Made by a program: the position numbers and the translations under genes. Shown here piece after piece: positions 45,633-53,584 of a stretch of DNA of 64,000 nucleotides (its first letter is position 1; each line of letters starts with the position of its first letter). The notes beneath the pieces are model-generated. The model was given only the letters and a program-made list of their open reading frames with translations, did not search any database and was not told the origin of the DNA. This DNA comes from Clostridia bacterium (lineage in GTDB: Bacteria > Bacillota > Clostridia > Christensenellales > Aristaeellaceae): the NCBI GenBank assembly GCA_017481825.1, contig JAFUOR010000020.1, positions 753-64,752 of the forward strand, given 5' to 3'.

Positions 45633-46730
45633 TTATTCATGCAGCTGATGGATCAGCGGTCGTGTCATATAGATGCAGATGGGGATCAGCGCGCCCAGTG
45701 CATACATTCCGTTCAGGCCAGCCGTCATGCTCACGCGCCAGCCCAGCAGCCATGCTGCCGGGAATACGATCAGGCACGGGATGGCGGTTTCTGCAAGGCC
45801 CTGCAGAATCAACCCGAGCCTTCCCACGCCCATGCTCTGCATGATCGCAATCTCCTGCTTGCGGGCACGCACGGTCAGAAACGAGATCAGCACGCCTGAA
45901 AGGAATACCAGCAGCGTGAAGAGCGGCTCAACAATTTGGAGCAGCAGCTCGTTGCGGCGGCTGGCCTGCTCGACGTTGCGGTAGGCCTCGTCATGCATCA
46001 CCAGCTGCACGAAGGCCGGGTACACGCCATCCTCATTCGGGGTGAAATAGGGCGCGGCGGATTCAAGCCATGCGTCCAGTTGGCTGTTATCCTTGAGGAT
46101 AAAGGACAGCCGCTCACCGTTCAGGGCAATCGTCCAATCGTAGAGGGCATAGAAGGGGCACCAGAGCGCGTCCCTCTCGCTGCATTCGCCGATGACGCGC
46201 CATGTGCGGCTTTCATCGTTCAGGGTGAGGGTCAGCGTGCGGGCGCCGTCCTCCGACACCCTCACATAGGGCAGGAGGGCCGCGCCGACCATGCAGACGG
46301 GCTCCTGCGTGTCGAAGACCTCTTCGTCCCAGCCCCCGTCATAGCTGATGGCAGGCGCGTCGCCAAGGCTGCGCAGCTCCCGGAGGCAGGGCAGCGTCAC
46401 ACCGGTGATGACGGTATCCGCGCCGTCAGGCAGCTTCACCGCAGTCTCGCTGCGGATGGAGAATTGCGACACATACTGCTTCCAACCGCCCTGCACAAAG
46501 GAATACACGAGGCCGTTCATGATGCTCACGTCCTCCGTGCGGCCATCCGGCGTAGCAAGCACACATTTGATGGGTGAAGCCATCAGCAGCTGACGCGTCG
46601 CCTCAGCGCGGGTGGCGATAGAGCCCTGCACCTGCTCTGTCAGCAGGATCAGCACGAAGATGAGCAGCACCGATCGCACCCACACCCCCGCGCAGCGCAG
46701 CCAGCGCGCCCATGTCAATCGAACAAGCAT
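45633..46730 (-). CDS. FtsX/MacB-type ABC permease, small-ectodomain paralogue
   Basis: TM1, an ectodomain of about 230 aa, then 3 C-terminal TMs (FtsX-like: RKQEIAIMQSMGVGR). The ATG at 46730 follows GAAGGAAGG. The track start at 46796 is rejected. Confidence 0.75.
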   Translation of the reverse strand: MLVRLTWARWLRCAGVWVRSVLLIFVLILLTEQVQGSIATRAEATRQLLMASPIKCVLATPDGRTEDVSIMNGLVYSFVQGGWKQYVSQFSIRSETAVKLPDGADTVITGVTLPCLRELRSLGDAPAISYDGGWDEEVFDTQEPVCMVGAALLPYVRVSEDGARTLTLTLNDESRTWRVIGECSERDALWCPFYALYDWTIALNGERLSFILKDNSQLDAWLESAAPYFTPNEDGVYPAFVQLVMHDEAYRNVEQASRRNELLLQIVEPLFTLLVFLSGVLISFLTVRARKQEIAIMQSMGVGRLGLILQGLAETAIPCLIVFPAAWLLGWRVSMTAGLNGMYALGALIPICIYMTRPLIHQLHE

Positions 46731-48454
46731 TGATTCACCTTCCTTCTGGTAAAAACCACGCTCTGCACCGCCGTCACCAGCAGGAACACGCAGCAAGTCA
46801 TCCCCATGGCAATCAGGATGGGCAGCAGCTCAACGCGCATCCCCTCCTCGGAGAACGCACCCACACGGATAGCGCTGAAATCCATGCTGGCGGTAATGTA
46901 GACCTCATTCAGCGCGATCGATACGTACTCCCGCGCACCGGACACCACCAGCAGCGCAAGGCCGCAGCCCGCCATCACCAGCAGAACGCAGCACAGGAGC
47001 ATCCGCAGCGTCACGCGCATGCGTCCAGTCCCCAGCATGGCGAGGATGGCGTTTTCCTTCCGCCACGAGCGGGCGTAAAGGGCGAGGATAATCACCAGCA
47101 TCAGCACACCCACCGCCACGCTGACCGCAAGGAGCGTGATGCTGTCGGCAATCATGAGGGCAAGGATTTCCTTCACCTCATCGTAGTTGGTCTCCTCGAT
47201 GGTATAGATGCCGTCAGGATAGCCCGCGTCTTTCACCGCCTGCAGGAAAGCGTCGCCCTGGCCGTTGTGGAGGATGATGTTCTGGGTATGGATGGGATAT
47301 CGACAGAAGGTTCGGTTCATCTCCAGCGATACTGCGTCATAGGGCGCAAACACGGTATCGGGCGTAAATTCATCGATGGTGCTCGTGTACAGAGGTGCGG
47401 TGTAAATGCCAACGATCTCCAACACAACTTTTTCATTCGCGGCATTGTCCACATCTGTGAAGGTATACTGCTCCTCAAGCATATCTTCCTGCGCCCACAG
47501 GTTCAGGCGGATGGAGGGCACATACGCCGTCATGGAGATGGTATCACCAATGGACAACCTATTGGCTTTTGCCAGCTCCTGACTGATCAGGCAGACCTTC
47601 GCGCCGGAAGCCTGCTCCTCCTCCGTAAAGGCCCGACCTTCAACAATACTCGCCGTACCGTTATTGAACCAGGCCAGGCGCTCCAGATCATTGATGCAAT
47701 TCAGGCGCAGCATGCGGTTGTTCATACTGCCGATGCGTACCGCCGCGTGCCGCCACGGGGTATCATCCGGAGTCGAAGCATACTTCATCCACGGGTCCAT
47801 ATCCCACCAGTCGTACAGGCGAAGCAGCGGCGGCTCGTCCTTCATCTGCTTATAGACCGGGTCATAGTAGCCCTTGATCAGACTGGCGTCCACATCAAGA
47901 TTCACAAAATAGTCCTCATAGCGGCCACAGATGAGATAGCTTTGTCCTGGCGTGAAGTCAATGTCCCTCTCCAAATAGCCGGTGACTCTGATTTTCTCCG
48001 GAATATCATAGGGCAAGGACAGATGTACCTCATCCACACGCACGAGCGCATATCCCCGCTGATCAAGCAGTTTTTCGCAGGTAACGGTCATGACGGTATA
48101 CGCATGATCCACGTCGCGGGACCAGCTGTAATATGCCCCTTCAACCTGACCAGAGTACACGGGCGTGACACTCACGTCACGGGCAGCATAGGGCTTTGTC
48201 AGCGCTGGAACCTTCACGCTTTCATGCGCATTCAGCGCATCGATCAGCTTCGCATCATTGTCCAGATAATAGCTGACTCCGTCAAAGGAGCCGGTATGCC
48301 GCACTGCCAGCGTCACGGTACTGTCCTCCACCTCCTGCGTCTGCTGCAAGGTGAAAACATGCACCGTCGCACCCAGCCCGGCAATCGCTGCCGCGCAGGC
48401 GACCAGCAATATGACCAGCAGGCTTCGGCCCATATCACGGTATAATCGCTTCAT
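46715..48454 (-). CDS. FtsX/MacB-type ABC permease with an ectodomain of about 430 aa (paralogue 2)
   Basis: 579 aa. TM1 (LLVILLVACAAAIAGLG), a MacB-periplasmic-core-like block (GRAFTEEEQASGAKVCLISQELAKANRLSIGDTISM) and a C-terminal FtsX bundle (RKENAILAMLGTGR...). Confidence 0.8.
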   Translation of the reverse strand: MKRLYRDMGRSLLVILLVACAAAIAGLGATVHVFTLQQTQEVEDSTVTLAVRHTGSFDGVSYYLDNDAKLIDALNAHESVKVPALTKPYAARDVSVTPVYSGQVEGAYYSWSRDVDHAYTVMTVTCEKLLDQRGYALVRVDEVHLSLPYDIPEKIRVTGYLERDIDFTPGQSYLICGRYEDYFVNLDVDASLIKGYYDPVYKQMKDEPPLLRLYDWWDMDPWMKYASTPDDTPWRHAAVRIGSMNNRMLRLNCINDLERLAWFNNGTASIVEGRAFTEEEQASGAKVCLISQELAKANRLSIGDTISMTAYVPSIRLNLWAQEDMLEEQYTFTDVDNAANEKVVLEIVGIYTAPLYTSTIDEFTPDTVFAPYDAVSLEMNRTFCRYPIHTQNIILHNGQGDAFLQAVKDAGYPDGIYTIEETNYDEVKEILALMIADSITLLAVSVAVGVLMLVIILALYARSWRKENAILAMLGTGRMRVTLRMLLCCVLLVMAGCGLALLVVSGAREYVSIALNEVYITASMDFSAIRVGAFSEEGMRVELLPILIAMGMTCCVFLLVTAVQSVVFTRRKVNQCLFD

Positions 48455-48472
48455 CCTCTATCCCCTTCCGTA

Positions 48473-50260
48473 TCAGTCAAACAGGCCCTTGCGGGGCGTC
48501 CGCAACGCAGCAATGGCCGCCTGCACTGTTGTCACCAGCAGGAATGCGCCGCAGGTCAAGCCCATGGCGAGCAGCACCGGCAGCAGTTCCACGCGCATGC
48601 CCTTCTCGGAGAACGCACTCACACGGATGGCGCTGAAATCCATGCTGGAGGTGATGTAGACCTCGTTCAGCGCGCTTGATATGTACTCCCGCGCTCCGGC
48701 AATGGCCGCCAGCGCCAACGTGCAGCCTGCGATCACCAGCACCGTGCAGCACAGGAGCATCCGCAGCGTTACACGCAGGCGGTTCGTCCCCAGCATGACG
48801 AGGATGGCGTTCTCCTTCCTCCACGAACGAGCGTAGAGCGCGAGAATAATCACCAACATCAGCAAACCCACCACCGCGCTGACCGCAAAAAGCGTGATGC
48901 TGTCGGCTGCCATGAGGGCGAGAACCTGCCGCACCTCGTCATAGTTGGTCTCCTCGATGGTGTAGAGGCCGTCGGGGTAGCCCGCATCGCGTACAGCTTG
49001 CAGGAAGGCCTCGCCCTGGCCGTTGTGGAGAATGAGGTTCTGGGTGTGGATGGGCAGGCGGCGTATCAGGAAATTATACTCAAGCTGCACCGCGTTGTAG
49101 GGGGCAAACACCGTGTTGGGTGTGAACTCGTCGATGGTGTTCGTGTACAGAGGCGCGGAATAGATGCCGACGATCTCCAGCGCTACGTCCACACCGCGGA
49201 AATCGTAGTAGTCATCGTTCGGTAAATCAACCACATTGGTGAAGGCATAATACTCGCTCAAAGTATCTTCATATCGCCCACTCCAAATGTCCAGACTGAT
49301 TCCAGGCTGGTTGGCGTTCATGGTGATGGTATCGCCCACGGTAAGGCCGTTGGCATCCGCCAGTTCCTTGCTGATGAGGCAGACCTGTGCGCCGCTGTCC
49401 TGCTCCTCCTGGGTGAAGCTGCGGCCTTCGACGATACTGGCCGTACCGTTCTGGAACCAGCGCAGACGGCTCAGGTCATTGATGCAGTTCAATCGGAGCA
49501 TGCGGTTGTTCATGTCGCCCATGCGGACGGCTTCCGCCAGCCATTGGGTATCGTCTGGCGTTGTGATGTACTTCATGTAGTCGTTCAAATCCCACCAGTC
49601 CATCAGGCGCAGGCGAGGCAGATCGGATTTGTCCGGCTTATAAACCGGGTCGTAATACCCCATGATGAGGCTGGCGGACATATCCAAATCCATAAAATAG
49701 TCTTCATATCGTCCACACAGCAGATATGTTTCCCCTGGAATCAGCGGTTCCTGAGCCCGGGAACCCGATGAGATTCTTTCCACTCGGATGACATCGGGTA
49801 TATCATAGGGCAGCTCAAGGTGAATTTCATCTACTTGAACAAGGTAGTACCATGCGTTCGTATCTTTCTCAAGTCCCAAATCCTCCAGGCAGGTGACGGT
49901 CATGACCGTATGGGCATGGGCACGGTCACGGCTCCAGTTATACAAATCCACATTGCCGGAGTACACTGGCGTCACGTCAGCGTCAATGCCGGCATAAGCC
50001 CGTATCAGCGCCGGTATCTTTACACTTTCATGGCCATTGAGGAATTCGAGCATCTGCACGTCCTTCCGGACATCATAGGCAACCGTTGCACGAGAACCCA
50101 CATGCCGCACCGCCATGGTGATAACGCTGTCCTCCACCGCATGTGTCTGCTGCAAAGTGAAGAGATGCACCGTTGCGCCCAGCCCAGCGATGGCCGCCGC
50201 GCAGGCGATCAGCAGGATAAGGAGCAGGCTGCGGCCTGCATCGCGGTATAATCGCTTCAT
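48473..50260 (-). CDS. FtsX/MacB-type ABC permease with an ectodomain of about 430 aa (paralogue 1)
   Basis: 595 aa, same architecture as 46715..48454 and clearly homologous along its whole length. The first 60 aa match at 47 of 60 positions by hand count. Confidence 0.8.
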   Translation of the reverse strand: MKRLYRDAGRSLLLILLIACAAAIAGLGATVHLFTLQQTHAVEDSVITMAVRHVGSRATVAYDVRKDVQMLEFLNGHESVKIPALIRAYAGIDADVTPVYSGNVDLYNWSRDRAHAHTVMTVTCLEDLGLEKDTNAWYYLVQVDEIHLELPYDIPDVIRVERISSGSRAQEPLIPGETYLLCGRYEDYFMDLDMSASLIMGYYDPVYKPDKSDLPRLRLMDWWDLNDYMKYITTPDDTQWLAEAVRMGDMNNRMLRLNCINDLSRLRWFQNGTASIVEGRSFTQEEQDSGAQVCLISKELADANGLTVGDTITMNANQPGISLDIWSGRYEDTLSEYYAFTNVVDLPNDDYYDFRGVDVALEIVGIYSAPLYTNTIDEFTPNTVFAPYNAVQLEYNFLIRRLPIHTQNLILHNGQGEAFLQAVRDAGYPDGLYTIEETNYDEVRQVLALMAADSITLFAVSAVVGLLMLVIILALYARSWRKENAILVMLGTNRLRVTLRMLLCCTVLVIAGCTLALAAIAGAREYISSALNEVYITSSMDFSAIRVSAFSEKGMRVELLPVLLAMGLTCGAFLLVTTVQAAIAALRTPRKGLFD

Positions 50261-51774
50261 TGACGTTCCCCCCTATGTCTGCGCCCCGTCACCCGCGCCG
50301 CCATCAGGCAAATGCCTGCCATCATGACTGCCGCCGCACCATGCTGGCGAGCCTCCTGCGCACGGGCCACAGCGGCCTCCTTCGCCGCCACATCGCCGAT
50401 CTGGCGTACCTCGTAGAGTTCCTCCGGCAGTTCACTGTCCTTGAGGTGCTGGATAAAAGCCTCGCCCTGTCCGTCCGCCAGAATAGGATTCATCAGGCAC
50501 AGCGGAAGCTGCTGGGAAATACTGCCGGACGCCTCTGCCACACCGCAGGGCGCGAAGATCGCGTTGAAGGAGAAATCTTCCGCCTTGTAGTCCGGCACGG
50601 GTGCAGAATACACCCCGATGATTTGCAGCGTCACCGTCTGCATCGCGTCCATCTCCACCTGGGCATAGTTGGTGGTGAGGTGGTAATAGTCGTTCACGCC
50701 GTTCATCGCCGCCGTGTATTCACCCTGGATCAGCTGCATGGTGATGCTGTCGCCCACGGTAAGGCCGTTGGCCGCAGCCAGCTCCTGGCTGACGATACAC
50801 ACCGCCGCCCCCTGCGCCATTTCCTCCGCCGTGAAGGTGCGGCCCTGCGTCACCCGCGCCGCACCCGTGGCGAAATGCTCTACGCAGCGCAGATCATTGA
50901 CACAGTAGAGTGCAAGGCGGGCATTGCTGTACCTGGCAATTTCCACCGCCCGCGCAAGCCACGCCGTATCGTCAGGGCTGGAAATGTAGTGCACCCCCTC
51001 CAGGTACCACGGCCATTTCCGCAGGAGCAGGAGAGGCTTGGTATTCACCTGCTGACTGGCCGCCACTTGCGGATAGTAGTGATTGCTGCCGCGGTCATTC
51101 CAGTAGCGGAACACCGCATTGTCCCGATATTGCCCGCAGAGGACATAGCTTTCGCCCACGACAAGGGGCTTCTGCAGGCATTGAACGCTGTTGGGAATAA
51201 GGCAGTCCGGCAGCGTCTCCCCTGACACGAGGAACGCCTGCGGATCGGACGCTTCCGCGCCGCCGCAGCAGACGGTGATCTGTGCCGGTACGGTATACAT
51301 GTCCGCGATGGCGTTGACCGCTTCGACCCGCACCTGCGCCTCCCAGCAGCTATCGGGGCTGTCCGTATACTGCCGGATAGAGGTGCAGGTCACCGTCAAC
51401 ACAGCGTAGCTCCAGTCCGCATCCAGTCCCGCGCTGTACTGATGCAGGCTGCGCGCGCCGCTGGAAACAGGATGCACGCCCTCCGCCACACCCACGAAGG
51501 CCTCGCCCCCCACAGGAACGCGCACCGCCTCGCTGGCATTGACGAGCCGGGTGATCTTCTCCTGTTGCGGCACGACGAACTCCGTCGCCTCCGGATGACT
51601 CTCCAACACCGCACTGATGAAGCTGTACGGCTGCCTCATCGCCAGCGTGAAGGCGGTCTGCGAAAGAGCCTCTGCCTCCTGCGCAGCCTGACGCCAGCGC
51701 CATGCACTCACCCCCGCCATCACGACGGCAGCCAGTGCCAGCAGCAGAAAACAGGCACGGATGGTTCGCTTCAT
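50257..51774 (-). CDS. membrane-anchored MacB-ectodomain paralogue lacking the FtsX bundle
   Basis: 505 aa. N-terminal TM, a homologous ectodomain (GRTFTAEEMAQGAAVCIVSQELAAANGLTVGDSITM) and only one C-terminal TM (AAAVMMAGICLMAA). ATG at 51774, 7 nt after GAGGTGA. Its stop overlaps the next start (ATGA). Confidence 0.7.
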   Translation of the reverse strand: MKRTIRACFLLLALAAVVMAGVSAWRWRQAAQEAEALSQTAFTLAMRQPYSFISAVLESHPEATEFVVPQQEKITRLVNASEAVRVPVGGEAFVGVAEGVHPVSSGARSLHQYSAGLDADWSYAVLTVTCTSIRQYTDSPDSCWEAQVRVEAVNAIADMYTVPAQITVCCGGAEASDPQAFLVSGETLPDCLIPNSVQCLQKPLVVGESYVLCGQYRDNAVFRYWNDRGSNHYYPQVAASQQVNTKPLLLLRKWPWYLEGVHYISSPDDTAWLARAVEIARYSNARLALYCVNDLRCVEHFATGAARVTQGRTFTAEEMAQGAAVCIVSQELAAANGLTVGDSITMQLIQGEYTAAMNGVNDYYHLTTNYAQVEMDAMQTVTLQIIGVYSAPVPDYKAEDFSFNAIFAPCGVAEASGSISQQLPLCLMNPILADGQGEAFIQHLKDSELPEELYEVRQIGDVAAKEAAVARAQEARQHGAAAVMMAGICLMAARVTGRRHRGERQ

Positions 51775-51912
51775 CAATCATTCACCTCAGTCAAACAGAT
51801 TCTTCCGAAGGCTTCCCTCCCATAGGGCGCAACGCCTCTATATGGTGAATATTGCGTGAAAAACGGAAATATGGACAAAAAACATTGTTCTGAATAAGAA
51901 CATTCCCAAGCC

Positions 51913-51942
51913 TTTACAAGGGCGTGAAAGGGGTGCTATAAT
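51913..51942 (+). promoter_or_regulatory. putative sigma-A promoter of the second sigma/anti-sigma module
   Basis: TTTACA - 18 nt - TATAAT with a TG extended -10 (TGcTATAAT), about 40 nt before 51983. Confidence 0.45.
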
Positions 51943-51982
51943 CCGCGTAAGCTGCCCTATTCTGCGTAAATGAGGATGCAAG

Positions 51983-52552
51983 ATGAGCAAAAGCGTGCTG
52001 GAGAGAATCTATCACGAACGCCGCAATGACCTGATCCGTTATTGTGAGGCGTTGCTTTTGCATGACCCGAAATATCGCGCGCAGGCAGAGGAGATCGTAC
52101 AGGATGCATTCATGAGTGCCGTTGCCCAGTGGCAGCAGCTGCAAAACCACCCCAACCTCATCGGCTGGCTGATGACCACCTGCCGCAACAAGTGCCAGTC
52201 CATGGTGCGACGCGACAAGAACCGCCGGCGCATCACCGGCATGCAGGTGGAATATAACGATGAGGACGACCTGACCTCCTCGCAGCATCCAGGGGCGGAC
52301 CCTGCCATCGCCCGGCAGCAGGATGCTCTCCTGCGCTATCTGGAGGCCACCGAGGCGCGCGAAAAGCTGGACGCGCTGCATGCCCAGCTCTCCCCGCTGG
52401 AGCGCAAGGTATATGATGAATATTTCCTCCAACACGCCACGCTGAAGGACACCGCGCAGAAGCTGGGCGTGAAGCCGGACGCTGTGAACGACGCCGTGCG
52501 CCGCATCCGCCGGAAGGCACTGAAAATGGACTGGGAAGGGAGGCTGTCATGA
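51983..52552 (+). CDS. sigma-70 family (ECF-like) RNA polymerase sigma factor
   Basis: 189 aa. Region 2-like (AEEIVQDAFMSAV, NLIGWLMTTCRNKCQSM) and region 4 HTH (LKDTAQKLGVKPDAVNDAVRRIRRKA). Paralogous in layout to 11605..12138. Confidence 0.8.
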   Translation: MSKSVLERIYHERRNDLIRYCEALLLHDPKYRAQAEEIVQDAFMSAVAQWQQLQNHPNLIGWLMTTCRNKCQSMVRRDKNRRRITGMQVEYNDEDDLTSSQHPGADPAIARQQDALLRYLEATEAREKLDALHAQLSPLERKVYDEYFLQHATLKDTAQKLGVKPDAVNDAVRRIRRKALKMDWEGRLS

Positions 52553-53367
52553 TGAACACGAAAGCAAGCCATACCAAACAAATCCTCGACGCCATCCATC
52601 ACGGCGGGCTACCCCCCGCCCAAACCGAGGCAAGGCTGCTCGGCATCATTCAGGAAGAATCGGAACGCACCGACCGCGAGGCAGATATGGTCCTGGTGAA
52701 CGCCTGCCTCGATCTGCTGGAGCAGCTGCACAGCGCATCCGCAGCAGGGCGCCCTGCGCGGCAGCCTAAGCTGCGCCGCCTTGCACGCCTGCGTCCCGCG
52801 GCTGCTCTGGCCGCAGCACTGGTGCTGGTCGTCATTGGGGGGCTCATGCTCCGCACGCCGCAGGAGCAGCCTCAGGCTGTACTCGGCCCATCGCTGGACA
52901 TGATCGCCACAGCCATGGCGGAAGGCAATCCCACCGAGACGATCATCGTCGAGGACATTTCACAGCTGGACAGCCTGCTGGGCTTGCAGCTGCAATTGCC
53001 GGCGCAGTTGTGCGGCGAATGGACAGCCACACAGGGGCAGATCCGCTATCTGCCTGAGTACATCCGCATTGAGTTCGCCTATGCCCATGCCGCGTCGCCC
53101 GAAAAGGATATCGTCTGCGTTATCTCCCTCTTCACGGAGACGGACAACCTCTACATATCCTCCGAGCAGACCGGCGAAGGCGGCACCGTGCACGCCAACG
53201 GACGCAGCATCTACATCAGCGCCGTCAGCGGTGATCTGCCAGCGAACGACCGCATCGCCGCCTACTGGCAAGAGCAGGGCGTGAGCATGCGTCTGTCCGG
53301 GCGCATCACCGCATCGGAAGCCGTCAGGCTGATGCTGGCGCTGGCGGAATCGCAGGACGCAAACTGA
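52549..53367 (+). CDS. anti-sigma-factor-like membrane protein (DUF4367-like C-terminal domain)
   Basis: 272 aa. Its start overlaps the sigma stop (ATGA). One central TM (AAALAAALVLVVIGGLML) and an extracytoplasmic C-terminal domain. Confidence 0.6.
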   Translation: MMNTKASHTKQILDAIHHGGLPPAQTEARLLGIIQEESERTDREADMVLVNACLDLLEQLHSASAAGRPARQPKLRRLARLRPAAALAAALVLVVIGGLMLRTPQEQPQAVLGPSLDMIATAMAEGNPTETIIVEDISQLDSLLGLQLQLPAQLCGEWTATQGQIRYLPEYIRIEFAYAHAASPEKDIVCVISLFTETDNLYISSEQTGEGGTVHANGRSIYISAVSGDLPANDRIAAYWQEQGVSMRLSGRITASEAVRLMLALAESQDAN

Positions 53368-53378
53368 ACAGATAAAGC

Positions 53379-53430
53379 AAACCGCCTGCACACTCCGGTA
53401 CCGCGCCGGGGTGTGCAGGCGGTTTATTGC
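53379..53430 (+). terminator. rho-independent terminator after the sigma/anti-sigma pair
   Basis: AAACCGCCTGCACAC - loop - GTGTGCAGGCGGTTT (15-bp stem) followed by ATTG. Confidence 0.65.
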
Positions 53431-53584
53431 GTATATGCTTCAACCAATTCACAAAAATGACATATGTGTAAAAACGTTCAATCGCATGAAAAATCTGTCA
53501 TGAAAACGGGCGATATATCGTTTTCTCAACGAAAGGTCAAATACGCACTCTTCTCCAAGAGTGACCACCATAGGAGGAATAACG

